This document shows, one piece after another, positions 26,896 through 41,099 of a stretch of 64,000 nt of DNA. The notes beneath the pieces were generated by a model. It worked only from the letters and a program-made list of their open reading frames with translations. It was not told the DNA's origin and searched no databases. The stretch's first letter is position 1. Every line of letters starts with the position of its first letter. The translations under genes were made by a program, and so were the position numbers. The stretch comes from the human T2T-CHM13v2.0 reference genome, Homo sapiens: NCBI RefSeq assembly GCF_009914755.1, contig NC_060925.1; one strand, 5' to 3'.

Positions 26896-26990
26896 GGGTC
26901 CCGCCGCCGCCGCAGCCGCCGTCGCCTCCAGTTAATAAAAATAACGCCGTCCTCTCCACAATGGAATTAAAAGCCTCCCGTGTACTGCGC
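26896..26990 (-). other. ZNF281: ZNF281 non-coding exon 1 (TSS position approximate)
   Basis: Minus-strand donor CCC|GTAAGT at 26896/26895 inside the CpG island; no ATG in the segment; promoter motifs lie immediately upstream. Confidence 0.75.
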
Positions 26991-27029
26991 AGCCGCGGCG
27001 CAGTGTCTGCTGGGAACTCCTCGACCCGG

Positions 27030-27280
27030 CCAGAGGGGAGGGCTAAGGAGCCAGGGCGCCTGCGCCGCAGCTTCCGCCCGGCCTGCCTGTCAATCACTGG
27101 GGCCGTTGGGCGGAGGCGGGGGAGCAAGGGCAGGGGAGGCGGGGATTTGGAGCCCTGCTAAAAAGGGGCTTTCGAGGCGAACAGGCGTGATTGGTGGGCT
27201 GCACTGAAGGAGATGAAAGTGGTTGAGGGTTTCTGGGGGAAAGACGCTCAGGAGGTGGAACCCAAGGGGCGGGAAGTTAC
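27030..27280 (-). promoter_or_regulatory. TATA-less proximal promoter: PBX-PKNOX decamer TGATTGACAG (27087-27096), GC boxes (27108-27113, ~27267), CCAAT (27190-27194), E2F-like GCGGGAA (27269-27275)
   Basis: Motifs read directly; binding not shown. Confidence 0.6.
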
Positions 27281-27493
27281 GGGGGACTGTACTACAGCGT
27301 GGCGTGGGAGATGCAGAGAAAGGGGCTGGAAGAGAAGGTGAGGGAAACTGAGGATTCAATGTTAGGGCTTTCTTCACTCTAGGTTTTGCAATCCAGGTCT
27401 TGAAATAAAATTCAAACCTAGAAGTGGATCATTGAGGGCACTTTTGATTCTATCAAGAAGCATTCAACTCCAAATGCTCAACATTTATTAAAA

Positions 27494-27694
27494 CAGGTGC
27501 TTATGTTATCCCTTTGAATTTGGAAGCACTAATAATGGGCGCATATCCTTTGCATTTATGGGAGGAGCCTGCTTTGAAACCGCAATTAGTGGTACCGTTG
27601 CAACAAAAAAAAAAAAAAGAAAAAGAAAAAAACTTGTCTTACTGCCAACCTTCCTGAAGGCTACTGGAAGAGGAAACCGAGCGTAATCCAGGTG
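27494..27694. promoter_or_regulatory. Two CAGGTG E-boxes (SNAIL/ZEB type) at 27494-27499 and 27689-27694
   Basis: About 500 and 700 bp upstream of the inferred TSS; ZNF281 is known to be SNAIL-induced in EMT. Confidence 0.5.
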
Positions 27695-28420
27695 CAGCAG
27701 TCCTGTAAAACACGCCCACACACATACTTCATTATCATTACATCTTATTTAAATGCCCCCGTACCTTAGCCTGGCTAATCAGTCTGTTTGCCACGTTATG
27801 AATGCCTGGCCCTTTATATTGTTTATGAAAAATTAACCACCAGGCCATTCTAAGAGCTCTGCTAGGATCAACTCTTTCCTCGCCAGTACAGAATACCGAG
27901 AAACTCATTGCAAATTTAGAAATTTTTCTTGTAAGGGAAAATTATGAAGTAAAATCTTAAAATCAAAGTTATATCAACAAAATCAAACAACAAATATTTA
28001 TTCAGTGTCTAATGTACACAAGGCACTCGATTTCATGTTAAGCATGCAGAAATCTAAACCAGACACTTTCCTAGCAAAGGATATTTATAAATGAGAAATT
28101 TTAAATAAAAGAACTAGAACTATGACAACAGCTTATTTACATAGTATGTTTTCTTAATGAAGTTACATGTACATCACAATGTTTCTAGCTAAATAACTTC
28201 TCATAATTAAATAATAAATTCTCTGGGAAATTTCACAATCGAAACCATAGGGATTATTTACTAATACTTATGGACCTCTCTCAGCCTGCCCTAAAAATTT
28301 TACAGACAATATTTAATGAGAATTTTGAGATAAGAAGAAATTGCTTTTTTTCTAATCCCATGAAACAACATGTAAGTATTCCACCACTTAAACTGACACT
28401 TTAATACTGTCAAGTATAGT

Positions 28421-29298
28421 TGTGATATTGTGAAATATATATTTGGACTTTGAACCGTTTTGTGGCATACAACTGCTAAAAATCCTTGGAATCTGCAAAG
28501 TAATAAATGTCTTTTTGTATGCTAATGAAGCGACTGATGATGGCTGGCAACCCCTAGGTAGCTTCAGGATGGGGGCTGGTCACCGGAAAGACCAAGGCAG
28601 GATTAGAGTTTGGGACTTTCAGTCCCACCCCCCGACCTCCGGGGAGGAGAGAGGGATTGAAGGTTAAGTTGATCTTCAATGGCCAATGATTTAATCAATC
28701 ATGCCTGTGTAATGAAGCCTTCATAAAAACCTAAAAAAGGACGGGGTTTGGAGAGCTTCCTGTAAGCGAACCCGTGAAGGTTCCAGGAGGATGGCGCACC
28801 CGGAAAGGGCGTGGAAGCTCCGCGCCCCTTCCCACAGACTTTCCCCCATCCATCTCTTCATCTGGTGTTCATCGATAGCCTTTGTAATGTCCTTAATAGT
28901 AAACCGGAAAACGTAAGTGTTTGCCTGGGTTCTATGAGCTGCTCTAGCAAATTAATCAAGCCCAAGGAAGGGGTCATGGGAACCCCGATTTACAGCTGGT
29001 CAGTCAGAAGCACAGGTAAAACTACCTGGGGCTTGTGATTGGCATCTGAAATGCGGCCGGCCAGTCTTGTAGGCCTGGGCTCTTAATCTGGGGGATCTGA
29101 TGCTGTCTCCAGGTAGGTAGTGTCAGAATTGAATTGGAGGACACCCCAGTGGTGTCTGCTGCAGAATTGATTGCTTGCTCGGTGTGTGGGGAGAAACCCC
29201 TACACATTTGGTCGCAGAAATCTTCTGTGTTGATTGTTGAGTGAGAGTATAGGAGAGGCTGAGTTGTTTTTTTGTTTTTGTTTTTGTTTTTTTCTACA
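28421..29298 (+). mobile_element. MER21 (MER21B-like) solo LTR
   Basis: Starts TGTGATATTGTGAAATATATATTTGG; contains CCCCTAGGTAGCTTCAGGATGGGGGCTGGTCACCGGAAAGACCAAGG; ends CA; flanking ATAGT/ATAGC TSD. Confidence 0.85.
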
Positions 29299-30670
29299 AT
29301 AGCTAAGTGTTAAAGACTGAAAGTTCAAAAACTTAAGGCAGTCGTAAAATATTAGTCAACGCCTGTGAGAAATGAGGCTGTCCCTTTATTCAGGGTGTCA
29401 GTGTTTAATGGTAAGCTGGGATGCATATAAGCTAGTCCAAGCATGAAGGGCAGTAGGACACTCATATGAAAAGCCAACTTTGTTCCTCAGTTATCAAGAT
29501 AAGAAACCTGTCATTTCTCTCATTCACTCTGTCAGCCTTGAGATACTCCAAGCAGACTTACCTCTGTGTTGTACACCCCATATATCAGGAAGATGAAGAG
29601 ACCCTGTAAAATAAAATGGAGGGGAAAAGCTGTTAACGCTAATCATTTCAGCAGTAGAAATACCTGAAATAAACTTTCCTGGGAACAGACAAAAGAAGAC
29701 ACACTTCATCAAGGTCAATTTATTTTCCTATTTTTCAACATTAGAAGGTGTACCTTGAGCATTTATATGATAACATAGCAAGCACATCACTTATAATGGT
29801 TGTGCTATTCAATTCTTTAGAAGTACAAAATAAAAATACCATCCCAAGTACAAAGAATATTAATTAGAAAAATCAATATACCAGTTCTGAAAGATAGCTG
29901 GGTAATGAAAAAATTAAACTCAGGAAATGTTATTAAAGTAATCATAGAAATAACACTAAGCATCAGTATTTCCAAGCACTGTTTTAGACTGTAGCAACTA
30001 GAATATATTTGTTACAATCTTCAACAGGGTTAAAATTAAAAAAAAAAAATTATAAAGCAGCTAAAAGAATAAACTTAAGGTAATAAGTATGAATAGGTTT
30101 TGAAATAATACTTGAAATACCAGCTCGAGATAAAATTTCACATTACCATCTGTTGTGAACTGCATACATTTTTATTGTAATCTATATATGTAACAAATAT
30201 TCCAAAGATGTTGATTAGTCTTTAGCTTTAGAAAATGCTTAATTAATTAGAAAATATAAATTCACTTTTAACTCTAAAATCTTAACTTTTAAAAGAAAAT
30301 AAAACTATATGCTTTAAACTTAGAGAAAACAGACAGCAAAAAATTTTCACTTCAGTGAGGAAATAAAAATCTACATTGTAGTATTCTTGTTAGGTACTAA
30401 CAAGCCAAATATTAAATAGGAGTCTGTACTAAATCTAGAAATGGTTCAAATAGTTAAGTAATATGATTCTTTCAAAAGTAAAATATTAAAGGAATATTTT
30501 AATATTTGTTTATCTCTGAATGCTTAGATTTTACAGATAATGGAAACAATCCCAGAACAAAGAGATTGTATAAAACTAGTGATTCTTGTTTTTATTTAGT
30601 TTCTTTTTAAATAGACTTTGTTTTTTACAGCAATTTTAGTTTTACAGAAAAATTGATAAGATAGTACTCA

Positions 30671-30971
<301 letters not shown>

Positions 30972-31695
30972 AAGATAGTACTAACAGTTTGCATATATCC
31001 GATACATCCCCAGTTTCCTCTATTTTTAACATTTTACATTAGTATGGTATATTCATTATAACAAATCTAATTCAATACTACTACCTTTATAATTTCTGAA
31101 ACTAAAACTGTTGCAATACATACATTTGTTTTAATAAGAATGATTAATGAAGAGTTATGAACAATAAACAATTTCCATTTTGATAATAAACTTTTAAAAA
31201 TTCAACTATAGCTACACTTTTTTTTACTGTGTATACACGATGTCCCAAAGTTCAATACCAACACTCACTTTCCTCCTTCCAGTAGCCTTGGTCAAGATCC
31301 ATTTAGTGCAGACTAAATTCAAGCCACTCAGTACTTGAGTTTAGTACTCATTTTATAGGCTACTTGTTTGCTCCAATTCTGGATAATTCTAAATAGTTAA
31401 GAAAAAAAAATCTTTTTTCTGATTTATGTAAAAACTCTAAGATAATTAAGAGTCCCTCTTCCCTCAATAATTGTTAATTTTTTATTCCTTATTTTGCTGC
31501 ATAAATAAAAATTTAAGAGTAAGTCATTCAAATTTTAATTCTATTTATGAGATAGGAATATTTTGCTTTGTACAATAGATGAGTTCCTGAACAAATAAAA
31601 TTTCCTGAACATTGAACAACATGCATTATTATTTCCGTATAAGAAACCCAGCTGTTTATGTGAAATCTATATGATGCTTTGAAAATCAAAGAGCT

Positions 31696-31996
31696 AACCA
31701 GGTGCAGTTGTTCACACCTGTAATCCCAACTCTTTGGGAGGCTGAGGCAGGAGGACTGCTTGAGGCTGGGAGTTTGAGACAAGCCTTGGCAACATAGCAA
31801 GACCCTGTCTCTACCAAAAATTTAAAAGTTAGCCGGGCGTGGTGCTGCATGCTTGTAGTCTCAGCTACTCAGGAGGTGAGAGGATCACTTGAGCCCAGAA
31901 GTTGGAGGCTGCAGTGAGCTATGATCGCACCACTGCTCTCCAGTCCATCCTGGCAACAGAGTGAGATCCTATCTCTAAAAAATAAATAAATAAAAA
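31696..31996 (+). mobile_element. AluJ
   Basis: TSD gaaaatcaaagagc. Confidence 0.92.
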
Positions 31997-33567
31997 GAAA
32001 ATCAAAGAGCACTTTAATAATGGTATAATCACCCTTGTAATTTATCTGTCTTGTAAGTTTTATTTTTTCCCCACGTTTTGGTAAACTGAGAAAGTAGAGT
32101 ATGCTTCATATTTTTATTTACTACACTACCACGTTACTTATTATACATTTTTAATTTTAATACATTTAACCTTAAATGTAAAATGATCACAACAAAAATA
32201 TTCCTTTTGAAAATAGGATTTAGAATTTAAAAGGATTTTAGATACAGGCAGCTTCCATCTCAAAAGCTTTTTTCTCTTTTTGCCTGTCCTCAACAGATGT
32301 ACACCTAACAGCATGGTAAGGAAGCCCCAGAAGGATGTTTCTAAAGACCATGAGGGAGTCTGAAACCTGAAATCATGCCAAGGACTCTCTGCTTCTCTTT
32401 CACTTGGGGTGTCTATCTGATGCTGCCACAACCAGTTGAAACGTATAACATTAACAATAAAAATTAGTTTTTTTGTAACTAATTTTATGCCCCATAATTG
32501 TATGCCCCACACATGATGTCTTTTTTCTCCATTAATTTTACCAGGTATTCACAGTCATGATCATTTAGATCTAATGCCACAGAACTTCATAAACCCTTTA
32601 CTACTAGAAAAACATCCTATTTTCTCAAAGGGAAGAATCACAACAGAAACAGCTAAACATAAACATCTTAAGCCATACTATGAGCCACTTTTAAATTCCT
32701 GCAGAGAGGATACCTTTAAAAACAGCTGGAAGGAACCAACTGCCAAACTTCAACTGGCACTGTGATTTCTGGAACTCCTTATAGCAACATTCTGTCCTAC
32801 TAAAGAGTCAATACTGAAAGTATGTCACATTTCTGAATTGAATGATCTCTCATGTCTGTTAGGTGGTTTCTACTATTCCATTTATAGAACAGTTCATCTG
32901 TAATGTATTAATATATGAAGTATTTTCTATAGAGGTACCTATTTCTCAATGCTTTAGTCACAGTAAAAATAACATTAATTGGGCAGGAAGCATCCAAAGT
33001 GTAGCTGGATTCCTGTAGCATGCGTGTACTTTATGGGCAGGGGCCAGGAGTTGGGAAAGAACACCAGGATATTACATCTGATACTGTACAGAAGTTAAAA
33101 ATAGAAACTAAGGGAAAGAGAAAAAAACATTCTTGATGATTTCATTCTCATTTATCTATGAAACATTGAAAACTGAGGCGACTTTGTAAATATTTACACT
33201 GTTCTAGAAGTCTTGAGCATTATCTGCAAATAGATTCAGTGGTTGACATCAAGTCTGTTGTTATATTGATCTGTACTTTTACAGTACACTTCATGATTGT
33301 TACAGAATCAATCTTTTTTAAGTGGTAATATTTTCTTTCTTGGCAACAGAAAGAACAGGACAGGTGCCCCATACATAGCACATTGCCTCCTCAGGAATAA
33401 GAATAGTATTAACAGTGCTAATATCTGGATAGCTCTCTCAAGCACTTTCATTTACATAAACCCATTTGTTCTTCACTACAACATTGCAAAGGAGGCAGTG
33501 TGAGTATTATTAGCTTTATTCTTATATATGGGGATTTTGAGGCTTGCTCAAAGTGCCACAATGCTGA

Positions 33568-33925
<358 letters not shown>

Positions 33926-34347
33926 ACAACTTCATAACTCTTAAGTCACTAGCTTCAAGATAATGCAATTGGTGAGACTTTTCAAAGCTCAAGTTTATTA
34001 AAAGCATATTGCAGTTTGATTAGCTCATAGGGTTAGGGACTCAGTATTTAGTAATAGGGCTTCAAGTAACCCTGGTCCTCCACCTAGCAAGTACAACAAG
34101 AAATGCAGTTGGTAACAATGATTTTCAGTAGCTATGGGCCAGTTTCTGCCTCTTGTACTTTCCTTATAGATTCTCATTCAATGACGTATACTTTCTGGTT
34201 GCTGGGAAACTTACCTTTTGCCATCAAAAAAAGGCTGCTAGGTAACCGTATTGTCAAATATTCTTATTGTCATCATTTACTGAACTTTTTTGAATGTATG
34301 TTACTATGCTGTGTACTTTTATGTATTTACAAATCCTGTTCCAATCT

Positions 34348-34673
<326 letters not shown>

Positions 34674-35031
34674 CCAATCTACTTTCTATAAACAATTCCC
34701 GCTTTGGGGATTACATCCTATAGAAACAAAAGCGTTAGTGTGAAGGATATGTATTTTTGAGGTTGCTTGTTGCTGCATTGTGCACAGTGGCAAAGAACTA
34801 GAAACAACTTGAATGCCCTTCAGCACGAGAACAACTGAATAAATTGTGGTATCTTTATCCCTTAGGATATTAGGCAACTAAAAGAATGAGTTGGAGCTAT
34901 ATTAGTCTGGAGGGATGTCCTTGCATAGTTAAACAAAAAAAGCAAGAGGAAAGATGCATTATGTTATATATTCTTACTTTTGTAAAACAAATAGCAAAAC
35001 TCTCCCTTCCTCTGCCCAAATGTAACTATTA

Positions 35032-35448
<417 letters not shown>

Positions 35449-35724
35449 AGAAACAAGTGAGACAGAGCAAACTAGAAAAACATGCTGATGTTGTCAAGAA
35501 AAGAGGTGGAATATAAAATTCTATGTATCATGTTACTGTAAATATAGAAAACAATCTGCACGCGAATAAGGATCGAAATGTAAGACAGACAAATGAAATA
35601 TTGATTTGATTTGGAGGTAAGATTAGATTTTTTTCCTAGATTCTTATTTTAATATAAGGGCTATAATAAATTTGAACAAAAAAGTGGGTTTATTTAAAGT
35701 GTGTTTATTTTTTAAGTGGCCTCA

Positions 35725-36140
35725 TTTTTATTTTTATTTATTTAGTTTTCAAGAGGCAGTGCCTCTCTATTTTGCCCAGACTAGAGTGGAGTAGCAATTC
35801 ATAGGCAGGATCATAGCAACTGCAGCCTCGAATTCCTAGGCTCAAGTGATCTTCCTGCCTCAACCTCCCTAGTAGCTAGACTACAGGTGCCCAGCTAAAA
35901 TGAATTTATTATATGTACTATAATGAAATTCCTGGTAGAATTATTTTCTCTTTTTCTGGGCTTCTGATTTTTTTCAAATTTTACTTCTAACTATCCTATC
36001 ATATATATATAAAATGTATATATACATAAGTCATATATAAATATAAATATTTTATTTCTATTCTCATAGATAGATTTTCATATATATAATATATACAGAT
36101 ATATGTTTAGTACATACATATAACTATACCTATCTATGTA
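35725..36140. repeat. Alu monomer(-) 35725-35897 and (TA)n low-complexity tract ~36000-36140
   Basis: Read directly. Confidence 0.8.
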
Positions 36141-36167
36141 TATCACTGGGTAGTTGAAAATAAAATC

Positions 36168-36801
<634 letters not shown>

Positions 36802-37000
36802 AAAAATAAAATCTGAAAGAAGCCAGAAGCCCAGGAAAAGATAAAATAATTCCAACAGGAATTTCACTTCACTCCAGGTGGCCAACCCAAGAAAGAGAAC
36901 GTGATGGGTTACTACATGGTTCCCACTGTCTGATAATAAGATCTATTTTTCACAAAAAATATTTCCTAAGAGCAATACTGAGTGACATAAAGGAGAATAT

Positions 37001-37705
<705 letters not shown>

Positions 37706-38240
37706 TCAAACAAACTTGGATGTACTCCGGTACTCCGAGCTCTACCACACACTAACCCTGTGACTTTGGGCAGTTTTCTTAACTTCTCTGAGGCTAACTT
37801 TCCTTATTCAGTAATAATAGTAATTGTACAGGGTTGTCACGATAAAGTAGGTAACATTTAACATGATGCCTAGCACATAATGAAAATTCAATGTGTGCTA
37901 GAATTCAATGTGTGCTAGACAAAAGTCTATTTCTTCTATCTACATACAATGGAAACTGAGTAATTAGTAATAATTCTTACATTATCCATTTACATTTATT
38001 GAGTACTCACTAGGTATCAGGCACTGTGTGACTCCAAGTAGGGTTAAGATGTGGATCTTAACCATCAAGAAGTCTAGTAGAGAAGTTATTTTTAAAAATA
38101 GACCAAAAGAAGCTTATAAGTAGAAAACTCAGTTTCACCAAGGGAAGACAGTGAGTTTTCAAAGGGAAGCCAAAATTCATGAAGTGACTGCCTCTTTTTT
38201 GTGTGAAGCATTTTGATTTGATATTTTTCTAAAGATCTGA

Positions 38241-38512
<272 letters not shown>

Positions 38513-38519
38513 TAAAGAT

Positions 38520-39680
38520 CTGATCCTTGAAGGAGTAGAAGGAATGATCAGGGAGACGGCTGGGAAAGGACATTTCTGAGATAATTTGAAAAAGAGAGTT
38601 TTGAGAGCACCAACCAGGCCAGAGTTACCTCCAAGGAGTTCAGAATTGCTGGAGCAACTAGTTTTCAAGTGAGACAGGCAAGGTGACGAAACTGGAAAGG
38701 AAGAAAGGACCAGATCATGAAAGGTTTTGCATATCATGTCAAGGAGTTCAGCTATTCTCTAGGAAGAGGGGATTATTAAAGAATTTTAATGGGAAAAGTG
38801 ATGTAATGAGTTTTTTCTTTTTTTTTCTTTTTTTTATTTTATTATTATTATACTTTAAGTTTTAGGGTACATGTGCACAATGTGCAGGTTAGTTACATAT
38901 GTACATATGTGCCATGCTGGTGTGCTGCACCCATTAACTCATCATTTAGCATTAGGTATATCTCCTAAAGCTATCCCTCCCCCCTCCTCCTACCCCACAA
39001 CAGTCCCCAGAGTGTGATGTTCCCCTTCCTGTGTCCATGTGTTCTCATTGTTCAATTCCCACCTTTTTTTTTTTCTTTAAATAACTCTAGTAGCAATGAA
39101 GGAGGTGGATTAAAGTGGCACAGATCAGAAGTAGGGCAACCAGTTAGGAAGGTAGTCAGGGAAAGAGAAACAGAAATGGGGAAATGGTTGTGAGAATGCA
39201 GAGGTGTTTAGGGGACACAGTTGATTGGATGTGGATGCTGGACATGGAAAGAAAAGGAGAGAGCTGAGTTCCAGATAATTTCAGGTTTCTGGCTTCAGTG
39301 ACGGTATGGGTGGTGGTATCATTTCCCAGTGTAGAGAATTAAATGGAATAAATGCGCATTTACTGGGGAAACTAAGAAATTTATTTTACATATGTTGAGT
39401 GTGGTCCGGTGAACAACTGGACACAGAGATTTGAGCCTTACAAAGGATAACTGGGATACAGCTGTGGATTTGGGATTCATCAGAGTACAGGTGGAAATTG
39501 AAGTCATCAACTAGCAAACATGTAAAGTATGTAAAGACAATGGCCTTGGACAGAGTTCTGGAAAATGTCAACGTTACAGAGATGAGCAGAAAGAGAGGAA
39601 CCAGAGGAGTCAGAGATGTAAAGAGGATGTTTTCATGGAAGCCAGTAGAAGAGAGTTTCAGTTAGGGAGAAATGATTAGC
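38520..39680 (-). mobile_element. L2 remnant hosting the L1PA fragment
   Basis: Purine-rich L2 body (gattggatgtgga..., tcaggtttctggctt..., tttgggattcatcag). Confidence 0.6.
38810..39064 (-). mobile_element. Young L1PA (L1PA2/3-like) 3'-end fragment inserted in an L2
   Basis: ttattatactttaagttttagggtacatgtgcacaatgtgcaggttagttacat...ttcaattcccacc, nearly identical to the primate L1 3'UTR. Confidence 0.9.
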
Positions 39681-39880
39681 AGCAAACATAGGTTACAGGC
39701 AAAGACTCTAAAACCAGACTGCCCAGGTTCTAACTCTAGCTCTACCATTTACTAGCTGTGTGAGCTTGGAAACATTACTCAACTCCTCTGTTCTTCAGTT
39801 CCATCATTTATAAAATGCATACAATAATTGTACCTGTCTCATAGAATTGTTATGGGAATTAAATGAGTTAATATGGCACA
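39680..39880 (+). mobile_element. MIR
   Basis: ccagactgcccaggttc...actagctgtgtgagcttgga...ctctgttcttcagt...ataaaatg core. Confidence 0.75.
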
Positions 39881-40739
39881 AAATAATTGCTGTATGACCA
39901 TTGATCAATTGTCACGGTACAATCAAGTAAGAAAGGACCTGAATATGCAATTGGAATTAGTAATTCATTTCACTTGTATTTGAATACCTACTATATGTCA
40001 GGCACTCAGGATGCAGTCTTGAACAAACCATTGACCTTGCCCTTGATGGAGCTCACATTTTGGTGAACAGTGGTTGTTGAATGTGTACTATGTGCACTGC
40101 TTTAATCCCAACAAGCTTTACCTCACTCACGCCTCTCAGTTATCCTAGGTTGTAGGTAACCATCATTATCCCCATTTTACAGAAAAGAACAATGAGTAGC
40201 ACAAAGGAGTTAAGCAAAGTCCCCAAACCAGGAAGTGGCAAAAGCAGGATTCAAACAGAGCTGAACTGGCTCTGAAGAGCACCTTCTTAACATCTAAACC
40301 AGTGTTTGCTGTTGACCTTAGCGACGGCAGTTTTAGAAGCATGGTGGAGCAATATCCAGGCTGCAGTAAACTGAGCATTGAATGGGAGCGAGTTAATTAA
40401 GATAGAAATTGAAAGCATTTCCTCAGAGAGCCAAACCAACAAAGTCCAAGCATGTGGATTTGTGGTGATCTTAGTTTGTTTGAGGGATAGCGTTAAGAAA
40501 TAGTAAAGGATTCAATACTAAGCATGTTCTCGGGTCACGTCTTTCTCAAATATCTGTTTCCACTATTCTTTTGCAAGAGCTGGATGGCGCTGGTTCAATA
40601 TTAAGATCTTTAGTAAATGCCTGAAGGTGTTTACTTGGTATTGTTTATTAAAATAAGGTAAGTATAATTTAAATGTAAGATGAATATGTGGCAGAATCTC
40701 ATTTTCTTATAAAAATCAAAGAAAATAAATTGTATTCTC

Positions 40740-40902
40740 TTTTTTTTTTTTTTTTGAGACGGAGTCTCACTCTGTCACCCAGGTTGGAGTGCAGTGGCAC
40801 CACCTCAGCTCACTGCAACCTCTGCCCCCAGGGTTCTAGCGATTCTCCTGCCTCAGCCTCCTGAGTTTCTGGGATTACAGGCGCCTGCCACTGCGCCCAG
40901 CC
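40740..40902 (-). mobile_element. Monomer-length Alu with TSD
   Basis: TSD taaattgtattctc on both sides. Confidence 0.9.
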
Positions 40903-41099
40903 TTAAATTGTATTCTCAACCAAAGTTAAGATTATTAAAGGGTACAGATGACAGATCAGACTTCTTTTTTTTGGTGAATGGAAAAAATCTAAAGAGTACT
41001 CTTAACCTTTTCTTGGTCTGATACAGATTAGTAGGTGCCAGGTATCTGCATTTTTAACAAACATCCCCGTTGTTCTGATGCATACCAAAGTTTTTGGGC

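Larger units (their letters stand above)
26060..27310. promoter_or_regulatory. CpG island spanning the ZNF281 promoter, exon 1, intron 1 and 5' CDS
   Basis: High GC and dense CpG against CpG-poor AT-rich flanks. Confidence 0.93.

Noticed and set aside
26273-27377. Several overlapping 66-134 aa ORFs on both strands in the CpG island
   Set aside because: Expected from stop-codon scarcity in GC-rich DNA and antisense frames of the CDS; low complexity, no domain.
27404-27409. Plus-strand AATAAA ~400 bp upstream of the TSS
   Set aside because: Fits generic termination of upstream antisense RNA; not evidence for a distinct gene.
37885-37918. 17-bp tandem duplication aattcaatgtgtgctag x2 (similar micro-duplications near 53400 and 53523)
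   Set aside because: Ordinary slippage duplications at repeat edges with no functional hint.
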